Below, one piece after another: positions 12,344 to 24,006 of a DNA stretch of 43,821 nucleotides. The notes below the pieces were generated by a model. The model saw only the letters and a program-made list of their open reading frames with translations. It had not been told where the DNA came from and did not search any database. The DNA is taken from NCBI GenBank assembly GCA_001929475.1, contig LXFE01001036.1:1-43821 (forward strand). The letters are read 5' to 3'. Source of the stretch: Neolecta irregularis DAH-3 (Eukaryota). Position 1 is the first letter of the stretch. Each line of letters starts with the position of its first letter. Both the position numbers and the translations under genes were made by a program.

Positions 12344-13822
12344 ATGACGACTGTCGAGAAGATCAAGGAAATAGAGACGGAGATGGCTCGGACCCAGAAA
12401 AACAAGGCCTCTTCTTCGAATAATTGTGTTCTTATATTTTAGGCTACCTCGTTCCATCTGGGTCAACTCAAGGCCAAACTTGCAAAGCTAAAACGAGAGC
12501 TTTTGACCCCATCCACTGGAGGCGGGGGAGGGACTGGTGGTGTGATCTACCCTTTAAATTAAACTTGTCCTCAGATTGATAGTTGGCTTCGATGTCGCAA
12601 GAACCGGCGTCGCGTCTGTTGGGTTCATCGGATTTCCTTCAGTTGGTAAAAGCACGCTGATGAGTAAACTCACTGGAACTCACAGCGAAGTCGCTGATTA
12701 CGAATGTAAGGTTTGGTATGTGATGAAACTGATTGTCAAAAGTCACTACATTGACAACCGTACCCGGAGTTTTAACTTATAAAGGAGCAAAAATTCAGGT
12801 TCGAGAATCGCTCAGAGGGGTTTACTGATCAAGATTCTTGATCTTCCAGGGATCATTGAGAAAGCAGCCGAGGGAAAAGGGTAAAACACAGACCTGTGCA
12901 CAGTTGATACCAATAGTCGAGGTCGTCAAGTAATTGCTGTTGCACGAACCTGTCGACTCATTTTTATTATACTGGACGTTTTGAAACCCCTAACACATCG
13001 GGCAATTATCGAGAGCGAGCTTGACAATTTTGGAATTCGTCTCAACAAGGAACCGCCCGATATCACTATCAAGAGAAAAGAAAAAGGAGGATTGAATGTC
13101 ATGAAAACCGTTGCCCTTACGAAAATTTCGGACGAAGAGCTCAGAGCCGTCTTTAGCGAATATCGTATCAATAGTGCTGACGTAACCATCAAGTTCGATG
13201 CAACAATCGACGACGTGATTGATGTTATTGAGGGAAATAGGGTTCGTTGTGAATTCTCAAGTCTTCTGAAAGTCTATAGGTCTATATTCCCGCTATCTAC
13301 GTGCTCAACAAGATTGACCAGATTTCTATTGAGGAATTGGATCTCATTTACCGAATTCCACATGCAGTACCAGTTTCTGCAAATCATGTAAACCAAATGT
13401 CAGGTGATGGATAATTGATCAGTCAGGAGTGGAACTTTGACGAACTACTTGAAAGAATGTAAGGCGATACCTCGTCATATGTTAACATGTATAGGTGGAC
13501 TTATCTGAACCTGACAAGGGTTTACACGAAACCGAAAGGAAGACTTCCAGATTATGACGACCCGGTAATCCTACGGCAGGACGCGTGTACTGTGGAAGAT
13601 TTTGTACATCACTTGGACTAGAAATATCGGCTGATAATTCAGTGTAATCATATCCACAAATCCATCATGAAGCAATTTAAGCATGCCTATGTGTGGGGGT
13701 CGAGCGTGAAGCACAATCCCCAAAGGGTATCTAGGAATCACATTTTGGCTGACGAGGACGTAGTTACGAGTATTGGATCTTTAATTTTGGTTGTACTAAT
13801 CGGCATAGTTGTCAAGAAATAA
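12344..13822 (+). CDS. RBG1: DRG1-family ribosome-binding GTPase, 10 introns
   Basis: [53 protein letters not shown] tail [13 protein letters not shown]...DEDVVTIVKK*. Confidence 0.96.
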
Positions 13823-14077
13823 AAGAGAAAGAATTAGATTCTCATGAATATATCACTTTGCAAATTTTCATCTTTGAAGATTTATCAACTTTCTTGGACT
13901 ATTACAACTTGAAGTAGATTTACATTGAATGAAGAATTAGATTTACACAAAAGAAACTATTCATTATTGAATTTGTGCAAACAGTCTCCTGAGCTATTTC
14001 TCTATAACCCCAAGCACAAATGTCAGTGCCAAAGCTTTCACGTACTATTTGTGTTAGACGTCTCTCCACCAAGAAAA

Positions 14078-16798
14078 ATGAGCACGACCAAAATATCACC
14101 TCGATACGCGCATACTCCCGGTCAAACACGCTTGGCATATACTCCTGACGGAAAGTCATTAATCACGGTTGGATCAGACCAGCTAATTCGGAAATTTACT
14201 ATTGGATCAGACGACGAGCCCTTATCTATTGAACAGCACGAGGATGCCATCACTGGAATAGCGACTTCGGTATAATTTCGACTTGAATGTATATTCTGAG
14301 CAATTTCAGAAAGATCATTTTGCAACTTGTTCGGAGGATGCAACCGTCAATTTATTTTCTTTGCACGATGATGATAATATCAGTGTGAGAGAAAACACAG
14401 TTCTCTTGACAAGATGCACTCTACCAATCCGAGATGTAGCATTCAGCCCAGACGGAGCTTGGGTTGCTGTAGCTAGCGAGTACAATTCTTCTCTTCTGGT
14501 CGATCTGAACCTTTAGCGAAACAGTCGTTAAGATCATTAATACTTCAGATATGCTTCGAGTTATACAATTGAGAAATCAGTCAAGGTCCATCAAACATGT
14601 GACTTTTCATCCTGCTGGAACAGTAGTTTGTGCTTCTTGTACGGATGGAATTATCTATATTTATTCCTTGAGCACTGATGAACCGACGTTACTAAAAAAG
14701 TTGGATGGAGTTATACCGAGAGTCGAACCTGAGTCGGATATATCTTGTAAAGCGTTATGGCATCCGGATGGAAGAGCATTCGCTTGTCCTACAAACACTC
14801 GAGGCGCGATTTTCAATAGGGTTGATTGACCTATTAGATATCGTGGTTATTTCGCGGGGTGACTGGGAGCGCCAAAGAGTCTTCAAGTCTGGTCATAATG
14901 GCGACATTACGGATATTGCATGGTCTCCTAATGGTGCATACTTGGCGAGTGCCGCAACAGACGGCAAAGTCGTGATCTGGCAGTGCAGAGGGCAAACCAT
15001 TGTCACGACGTGGGTTGTTCTTGATATAGCCATCTAATAATCAGATTGAATTATCGTGATATCATCTGTCTCGCTTGGCATCCGTCGCAGAATGTTATAT
15101 CCTTTACATCGAATCAAGGTCACCTATATACGATACCCCAGGTTCTTCAACCGAACCACACTCCTTTGCCATATGGAAGAGCGGTTCATCCCTGTCCTCT
15201 TTTGGAAGATCAAGAAGATGTTACACTGCTGGAACCGAGAGATTCTCCAATGCAGGTGGACGATGTTCATGTGCCTGATATGGAACTGGGCAATGTTTCA
15301 GACAGTTGGATTGAGGATGACGACGGAGCCGGTTATATCCCCGATCTCTCTACCCGAAAACGACATGCAACCGATTTTGACGCACCGCAATTTAAAAGAC
15401 GAGCATATGGATCCGTACAAGCAAATATACACGAGTCATTTCAACCTGGAAGCACGCCGTGGAGAGGAAGCCGGAGATATCTGGCGCTGAATTTGACTGG
15501 AGTTGTTTGGTCCGTCGACCAAGAAACTCATAACACTATCACGGTTGAATTCTTCGATACCGGTACTCATCGTGGCTACCATTTCACAGACCATTTCAAA
15601 TATGACAAAGCTTGCCTAGATACGTACGGGGCTGTATATTCCAGTCCTGCAATCGGGGAGAGCGGTGCGATTATCCACTATCGACCCAATGAAACCTGGA
15701 CCGAGAAGCAAGATTGGCAAGTGGTATTGCCTCGAGGCGAGGAAATCACTTGTATTCAATTTTATTCTGAAATTCGCTAACTATTAGCGTTGGCGTTGAG
15801 TCATACCAACATCGCTGCTTGTACTTCAAAGGGATATGCGAGAGTGTATACTTTGAGTGGTGTTCCCGTAAGGATATATCGGCAGAAGCATGTGCCTGTT
15901 GTTGTTTGTGCTGCCTGGAAAAACTATATTATGGTGGTTGGAAACGGTCCACAGAAAGCTGACGGTTTGTAACAATTTGAATCAGTCTAAAGTAATAGGG
16001 ACAACCGAGCTTATATATAATATCGAAGATGTCAGTGCTGATATTACATGTCAATCAAATGATATTGTTGCAATACCTAGTGGCGGTGAACTGAAATCAT
16101 TGTTTTTCTCGGAGAATGGTGTATTTTCAGCGCTATTTATATAATTTTTGACATGTAGGATCCTATGATATACGACTCGGACGGTATTCTTTTAGTGCTC
16201 TGGCGTTGGCGCACTCCTGGATACGCTAAATGGGTTCCACTACTGGATACTAATTCAATGGCGCGGAGAATAAACAAAGAAGAATCCTATTGGCCAGTAG
16301 CTGTCGCTCAAGAAAAATTCCATTGTATCATTTTGAAGGTACATATTTTGTGCAATACGCTGTTAACTCTAGGGCGGCGATAAATATCCATACTTTCCTC
16401 GACCATTGTTTTCAGAATTTGATCTCTGCGTACCAACAAGTGAAAGATCAGATAATCCTTCCTCGGCCATAGCTCTTGAGGAAGGTTTTGTGCGCAATTA
16501 TACTTTGTATTCACTTGGCGAAGATGCCTTACAGTCACGGGCTCGCAGCATCGAGCTTACCGATATGGATGTCGTCAAAAAAGAAGTTGCGATTGATAAA
16601 ATTCTTTTACAACTGATAAATTTGGCCACACGAGAAGATCGGGCGGCCAGAGCATTAGATCTCACAACATTGTTGAGAAAAGAACGTAGCGTCGATTTGG
16701 CTATCAAGATTGCGGAACGGAATGATAAAACACTTCTCGCTGAACGGATGGTGGAGTACAGGGATGGATTGCGTGAACCAGATATTGAGGAACTTTGA
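14078..16798 (+). CDS. CTF4: Replisome hub Ctf4/Mcl1 (WD40 + SepB), 8 introns
   Basis: RYAHTPG start, WD repeats, SepB motifs FQPGSTPW, RYLALN, WVPLLD, ESYWPV, GGDKYPYFPRP. Confidence 0.93.
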
Positions 16799-17045
16799 CT
16801 CGTTAGTCAATTCACAACGACTTTAATTCTTTGTACACTATATCAGTTTGTGAACGAGTGATCTATCATACAGAATTGTATGATTATCGTTGAATTTTTC
16901 ATTTCAAATACCCCGGAGACGCAAAAGTTCGTCTCCAAAATTTTATACGCTGAAAGCACATACCAGACAATTTTCCAAGATCTAACGGAATAATCCGCTT
17001 CAACAGTATGATTCCGATTCAATTTCGACTGTATCGAATTAATAT

Positions 17046-17640
17046 TTAATGTTCAGACGGTAAATCCTCGCGAAAAGGTCTATACAAACGCTTTCTCCGC
17101 AAATGAACCGGTTCCTCGTCTTTTGGAGCACCAGGTATGACTTTTTCAAGTTTCTACAACAAACGGTTAAATTCCTTGGGTTTCTTTGGGTGATTTACCA
17201 GATTATCATAGACGCATTTATTTAGTTGCCATTCTAAAGGTCTACATTGATAGAATTGTTGGTTTCCTCTTTCTAGGCAATTCCAATGAAGTTTGAATTG
17301 TTCTGCGCAGTGTTTATTGATATCGTCTAATCTGATTGATTAATTCAGAACGGGGAAGCAAGGTATTTACACTGAAGCAGCACATCTCGTGACTCTTCTT
17401 CCTTCTTTTAGACAATCGTTGGGAGATTTTCCTCTTGATTCAGCTTTACATAACATGAAATCTTCATTGTATTCATTACATCGCGCGCCAATAAAGTAGG
17501 AAGCACTTGCTAAAGGAGCTGATGTCACTGCGATTTCATTGATTGTTGGTTCCCCAGGAATTTCAAATTGTCCTCTTACTCTAGATTTAGAATCGGTCGA
17601 CCTGGAGGTTTAGATTCGGGTTTTAGTGTTTTTCGTACAT
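17046..17640 (-). CDS. NDUFA8: Complex I 20.8-kDa subunit (NDUFA8/NUPM; quadruple CX9C), 3 introns; absent from ORF track
   Basis: Spliced product MSTDSK...TSAPLASASYFIGARCNEYNEDFMLCKAE...CLKEGRRVTRCAASV/LDDINKHCAEQFKLHWNCLE...CRPLEWQLNKCVYDNL/KLEKVIPGAP...PVHLR. The start codon is split AT|G by intron 17602-17638. Confidence 0.92.
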
Positions 17641-17750
17641 ATTCGATAGGGTGTGGGTTGGCGGAGAGTAAGGTTTTGTTGACGTCGCCTATCACTTGTA
17701 TCCATCCGTCGATTTTCATTGACGACTGGTTTGAACTGGAGGGAAGGAGA

Positions 17751-18111
17751 ATGACCTTTTCTTTTGGTAACAATTGAAATGAGAGTTCATGGTACTTATT
17801 ATTAGGGCAGAGTACGAATCCAAATCCCCCGGGAGGCTCATTATTCGGTATTTACAAACCCATCGTTCGAACTGATTTTGAAAGGTAATACGAATGCGAA
17901 TATGAATATGAATATGAACACGACTATGAATCCAGGTACTCAACCGTCATTGTTTGGCCAATCTGCGCAGACGGGTGGAAGCACAGGAGGATTTTCATTC
18001 GGAGCAAATACACAAGCACAGTCTCAACAACAACCGGGACTATTCGGAAATTTGAGTCAACCCCAGCAAAATCAGAGCGGGTTCTTGCAGCAGCAGCAGC
18101 AACAGCACCAA

Positions 18112-18143
<32 letters not shown>

Positions 18144-19210
18144 ACAACAACAACAACAAGGTCAGCCTATCCAACAACAGCAATTTGGTCAGTCTACGCA
18201 ACCGACCTTTTCTTGGAGTACGAATCCGCAAATTCAACAACCTACTATAGGCTTTCAAGCGTCGATGTATGAACAACAACCTGTACCGAATTCGCACTAT
18301 GGTATGAATACCCGTCTGTGATAAATATTAAAAAGACAGGACCAGCACAACCTCCCTCCATTGGAGATCAATTATTAAAGATCAAGAATGCTTGGGACAC
18401 ATCACACCCCGACTGCGCGTTTCATTATTACTTTTACAATAAAGTTCCCGTTGAACAAGCCCTTTTATACTCGAAACCACCTCAACAAAGTCAAGAAAAA
18501 TGGGACGAAGCAGTTGCCAATCGGCCTGATAACAGGTATTTGTTTCAATTTGAAATAGGGTAACATGAGGGTAGTGTCGTTCCTGTATTGGCTGTAGGAT
18601 TCAATGATGTTAAAAAGCGGGTGGTATTGCAAGAACAACAAGTCCATGCCTATCGATCTCGAATGCATGAAATCGTAAACAAGTTGACTGAATTACAACA
18701 TAAGCATGATTTGTCGACGGTATCTAAACTGGCCGAAATTAAATCACGGCATTCAAGTCAGGCTCATCGGGCGTTGATACTTGCTTGTCGAGTTCAGGTA
18801 CTGAAGAATCGCGGATATGCATTACAGCCTGAAGAAGAGCAATTACGAATAAAACTTGAGAAATTAGCCAAGGAGGTTTCCGATCCCGAGGTTTTTGGAA
18901 GAATGAACGAGGTTTGGGCAAGAATGGCTGGTGTACGATCTCGCGAGAAGATATTTGAAGAGGAGAAGAAACGTAGTTGGGGGATTACTATTGATTGGGG
19001 AAAAGATGACGTAGAACTCCAAAAAGTGATCAAGGTAAATGCCATCTTTTGATTCAAAACTGGAAAAAGCAGGTTTTAAAAGATCAACAAGCCGGATTGA
19101 CGCATGTTACTAGTATTCTGAAAAACGATTTGGAAGATGTAGAGGTTTTGCTGAAGAGTCTGGAAGAAAAATACAATAAAATCGGGACATCTCCGGACCG
19201 TCGATATTAG
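17751..19210 (+). CDS. NUP57: FG nucleoporin Nup57/Nup54 family (S. pombe Nup44-like), 5 introns
   Basis: FSFG, SLFG and GLFG repeats; HPDCAFHYYFYNKV; KWDEAVANRPDN; PVLAVGFNDV; LKNRGYALQPEEE; C-terminal coiled coil DQQAGL. Confidence 0.88.
18088..18159 (+). repeat. CAG/CAA trinucleotide tract encoding 24 residues (23 Q, 1 H) in Nup57
   Basis: Directly visible in the sequence. Confidence 0.97.
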
Positions 19211-19247
19211 TTTGTATACAGCAGGGATGTTGGTCTCGATACAGTTA

Positions 19248-19473
19248 TTAGTGAGCAAATATAGATGTTGTAGCCAAATTAACAGCGACTGGAGCTAATT
19301 ATGAGCATATTTTACGACGTTCAGATACCCAGTCGAATTAAAGCTGCAACGCCAAGATACCAGACTATATTCTTTTTATTTTCAGATGCAATGTGGTCCA
19401 GTTCTTCCTTGATCTGTTAGATATATGAGTGGAATGAGTAGAGTACATCGCTGAATGACGGTTGATTGAACAT
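19248..19473 (-). CDS. TOM5: Probable mitochondrial import receptor subunit Tom5 (52 aa, 2 introns); absent from ORF track
   Basis: Exons 19473-19447, 19413-19329 and 19294-19248 give MFNQPSFSDIKEELDHIASENKKNIVWYLGVAALIRLAPVAVNLATTSIFAH*: MF start, acidic EE segment and a TM helix with the conserved Pro (cf. human VALLRVTP). Confidence 0.78.
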
Positions 19474-19684
19474 TTTGTGGAAAATGAGACGGGCGGGCGT
19501 GACGGCTTGTGAAGACAAACAAAATATTATTATGAAACGAACGGATTATTCACGACGAGATTTATTTTATTCTAATTTTTGAACGAGGTGGAAAATGCTA
19601 TTAGAAATATCTATTTTAATGTATATCTGAACAACTTGATGGTTGGGGGATGTGTTGCAGCCCGACGTCGGTTGAACATCAGTT

Positions 19685-20923
19685 ATGAGTGACGACGAAA
19701 CTCGGGTACGGGTTTACAATTCTATAACTAACTGATAGCCGTACGTTGATGCCAGGCCGGAGGGACTGGATGAGTCTGATGATGAATTGTCCGAGTTGGA
19801 TGAGGAGCAATTCAAGGGTATTGATGAATCGAATTTGGGCAAGGTAGCACCTACTGTTGTACTCCCTAGTTTCAAAAAGAACAAACAGATTGGGGAGAGG
19901 GAGAAGAAGCCTAAAGGACAGAGGAGACGGCGTGAGGATATTACAGAAGAGGAGATTCAAGAGCAAGCTCCTCTGGATCCGATAGCCGGTTTGGGTATCT
20001 GCGAGTTGACTCTGATGAGCAGCCAAACAAAAAGAGCTGGATGAGCAGTTTAATGTTGCATTAAAGGCGAAAAAGAGGAGGAAGCGGATGAATGAGGATG
20101 TATGTGTGGAAAAAGAGAGGGGCTCACCAGGCAGGATCTGGAGAAATTTGCCGACGACGAGATCAATGCACTGCGGGAAAAGATGCGGGAAGCGGCGTAC
20201 GCGGACCAGACGGCGAACGATGCCAAGCAGGCGGCGACGACCAAGCTCAAGATGCTTCCTGAGGTGCTGGATGTGCTGCAGCGGTATAGCACGGGATGAA
20301 TATATACGCTAACCGCAGGTCTACGTTCTACGAGGCGATGCTTGATCTGAATTTCCTGGAGGCGATGAAGATGTGGCTGGAGCCGCTGCCGGACAAGTCG
20401 CTGCCTGCGTACGATATCCAGCGCGAGCTCTTTTCCGCCCTGTCGCGGCTGCCCATCCGCACCGACCATCTGCGCGAAAGCAAGATCGGACCGCTGGTGC
20501 AGTTTTACGCGCGCAGCAAGAAGGCAGACGAGTCTGTGCGCCGCATGGCAGAGAAGCTAATTTGTGGGCCTTGAATTGGATATTAGCGGGGCTGACCAAG
20601 CAGCGGACTGGTCACGGCCGATCATGCGGCGCAGCAACGATTTCCGGTCGCGGGCGGTGGCGCAGGTGGACTGGAGTGCGCAGGAGCGGGTGGTGGCTGA
20701 GAGTGGCGGTGCACTTGGCGGTGGCGGTGCCTCTCGTGGCGGTGCTTCGCGTGCGGCGGTGCCCCGGGCGAGTACTGCGAGCTACAGCGTGGCGCCGCGG
20801 GCGATTCTGCCGGCGAGCACGAGCAATGCGCAGACGGTGGCGGTCGACCAGCGGCGGCGGCTGAATGCGTTTATGAAGACCAGCAGGCCGCCGAGAAAGG
20901 CGGGCGGCGTGCGGATCAACTAG
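19685..20923 (+). CDS. IWS1: Transcription factor Iws1/Spn1, 5 introns
   Basis: Acidic N-terminus; ATTKLKMLPEV, WLEPLPDKSLPAYDIQ, LRESKIG, DWSRPI, YSVAP. Confidence 0.94.
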
Positions 20924-21114
20924 CAGGCGGGATTCTCGCGATCTGTATAGATATCCTTATAGATCTGTATAGATCTGTATTGGTATCCAGGTTGACCTGA
21001 TGGAATAACTAGCTACTCTGTGTTTCCCTGGAATGATTAGCCACTCGGTATTTCCCCGCACGAGACACGTGCAAGTACAACATCCCGCCAGAACCTGCTC
21101 CTTGTTTTCTACCA

Positions 21115-23386
21115 ATGAGCTCTGAGATGCCCTTTTCCATTCGCCGCCCCTCGTACGAAACCCCGCCCGCGCCCCAGGCGTTTGCTGTTCCCGGATCGCA
21201 GCAGCCGGGATACTCGGCCGTCTACCGCCATGTCCTCGCCCGCGACGGCCTGCTCGCAGTCCTCGACCCCGCAGTCGTCACCGTCTTTGACATGTTTGAG
21301 CATGGCTGCCGCAAAAACCCCAATGCCCATTGTCTCGGCCACAGAGAGTTTGATCCCGTATCTAAATCCTGGGGGCCCTACCTCTGGCAGACCTACGCGC
21401 AGGTCAGAGTGCGGCGCGACAATTTCGGCGCCGGGCTCATAAACATTGCCCGCGAGTTCGCCCGCCCGCCTTCGCCAAAGTTCCATGTGGGCATCTGGGC
21501 ACCCAACCGCCCCGAATGGACGATCGCCGACCAAGCCTGCCAGGCCTGGTCGCTCACCACCGTCGCCCTCTACGACACGCTCGGCCCAGATACCACGCAG
21601 TACATCGTCAACCATGCAGAGCTCGGCGTGCTTGTTACCGTCGTCGAACACATCCCCCAGCTGCTCCAGATGGCACACAAGATGAAATCCCTCAAGGTCA
21701 TCGTTTGCATAGACCCCCTCGACCACGGCGAACTGCCGGGCAAGAGCAAACAGGCTTTGCTTGGCGAATGGGCAAAGAGCAAGGGCGTCCATCTGGTCGA
21801 CTTTGGTCACGGTTGCCTCCTCTCATCCCGTCCACTGATCTCCCAGTCGAGGCTCTGGGACAAGCATCTCCCGTAAAACACAACATTCCTCAACCCCCCG
21901 ACATATCTACTATCAACTACACCAGCGGAACAACAGGGCTTCCAAAAGTATATAATTCCTGTCCTTCAATATTGACTCCAGGGCGTGGTCATCACCCACG
22001 AGAACGCCGTTGCTCCTGCGAGCTCCCTGCAACTCGTTCTCACTCAAAATACTAATGACGTCACCCTGTCCTACCTCCCACTAGCTCATTGCTACGAACG
22101 AAACTGTGAAAATGTAGCACTCTATGCAGGCGCAGCAATCGGATTCTTCCACGGCAATATCCTCGAGGTATCTCGATCTGTTAGTTACATGTCCTAATAG
22201 TAGATCCTCGACGACATTCAGACTCTAAAACCAACAGTCTTACCTTCCGTTCCCCGTCTCCTTTCGCGAATCGGCGCTGCAATTAAAATGGCTACCATCG
22301 AAGCGCCCGGTCTCAGAGGTGCCATTTCCCGCAAAGCCCTCGCTGCAAAACTTGAAAAAATAAATCAAGGCGGGGACAATCATCATATGCTCTGGGACGC
22401 CCTTTGGAGCAGAAAGATTAAAAAAGTTTTAGGTGGAAATATCAGGCTGATAGTTACCGGATCGGCTCCGATTTCTACTGAACTGCTCCAATTCCTTCGA
22501 TGCGCGTTGGCTTGCGATATCGTTGAAGGATACGGACTCACGGAATCAGTTGCTTATGTCCTTGTTGGAAAACCCGGCGATACTAATCCAGGCCACTGTG
22601 GACCTCCAGGTCCCTGCTTGGAAATTCGTTTTTGTGATGTTCCAGACATGGGCTACACCTCGAATGATTTACCTCATCCTCGAGGAGAGCTCTTATTTCG
22701 TGGACATAACAGATTTTTGGGATACTACAAGGATGAAGAAAAGACTCGAGAATCAATCGACCCAGACGGCTGGTTTCATACAGGCGATATCGCTAAAATC
22801 GATCAGCTCGGACGTGTTTATATCATTGATCGCGTAAAAAACTTTTTCAAATTGAGTCAAGGAGAAGTATTGACCCTTTGACATAAACCTATTAACCTCA
22901 GTACATCGCTCCTGAAAAAATCGAAAATATATACGCAGAGTGCAATTTACTTGCACAATTATTCGTTCATGGAGATTCACTTCAATCTTTTCTAGTTGCT
23001 ATCGCAGGTGTCAACCCCGATTCTTTTGCCCCATTTGTTTCAAAATTACTCGGTCAAAATATACCTGCTACAGATCTCGCAGCAATTTCCTCTGCCTGCA
23101 AGGAACGAAAAGTACGACAAGCAGTGTTGAATGAATTGAACAAGATTGCCAAAAAAGCTAAATTGAATGGTTTTGAACAGATTAAGAATATCATGCTTTT
23201 TATTGAGCCGTTTAATATTGACAATGACCTTTTGACGCCAACGTATTATATCCTATTTTTGAACTTTTGTTGATGATTAGATTCAAGGTTAAACGATTCC
23301 AAACTGCTCTATTTTTTCGAAAGGAAATCGATGACATGTACGCGGAATCGCCTACTGATGTTAAACCCTTACTCGGAAAATTGTAG
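21115..23386 (+). CDS. Long-chain acyl-CoA synthetase, FAA2-like, probably peroxisomal (C-terminal GKL), 5 introns
   Basis: YTSGTTGLPK/G, SYLPLAH, GYGLTES, GWFHTGDI, IIDRVKNFFKLSQGE/YIAPEKIE; ends ...LLGKL*. Confidence 0.93.
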
Positions 23387-23585
23387 GACACTTTTTGAAA
23401 TAGTTTGAGAACTAGTTAAATTGATTTATTTATGTCAAGTTGGGTAGTAAAATTTGTCTCTAGTGCTATCTGTTTACGTGTTGGATATCTGGGTAGAGAG
23501 CTGCCCGGGTCAAGTTCCGGAAATTCCCGAGTCAGCCCGCTGCGTTTCACCCACAGCATTCATCTCCCCAACAAGTATCAATCAA

Positions 23586-23820
23586 ATGGCATTCGCCTGG
23601 GCAAAACATTTTACGTACCAACCATTATCTATCTATCGTATTCTAAACATACAGATTTAACCGCTACTCATCCATCTGCGCGAAAGTTGTCCGACAATGT
23701 CTCAAAGACGAACAACGGATCGCTGCTGAAAAAAGATCGGAATCGGCTTTACGAATGTTTAAATGGAGTGGGGGGAAACAAGGAGAAGTCAAAAACCTCG
23801 CAGAGGAAGTCAAGGTGTAA
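23586..23820 (+). CDS. ATP15: Mitochondrial ATP synthase F1 epsilon subunit (64 aa, 1 intron); absent from ORF track
   Basis: Intron 23615-23654 gives MAFAWAKHFTFNRYSSICAKVVRQCLKDEQRIAAEKRSESALRMFKWSGGKQGEVKNLAEEVKV*. Confidence 0.92.
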
Positions 23821-24006
23821 CAGGAAATCTATATCACTGAGTAAATAATAGATTATGCCAATCTTTTTTCGTTCTTTGAATATGAACAGGTTATTCCTGC
23901 TGTGATGGGTCTGCGTCTTAGGGATTCAAGATGAACCCTTGTAGGTTTTTGGGGGGCTTTTTGGGTGATACGAGTGCCATTTTCGTTTTTGTTGTTGGTC
24001 AACCGC

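Noticed and set aside
20100-21870. GC-rich segment as a horizontal transfer or mobile element
   Set aside because: It spans halves of two native, intron-containing housekeeping genes, fades gradually, and has no terminal repeats or transposase.
20050-22055. Many long overlapping and antisense ORFs (e.g. 21109-21810 -, 20373-20864 +)
   Set aside because: Expected by-product of high GC and stop-codon scarcity in the island; no motifs.
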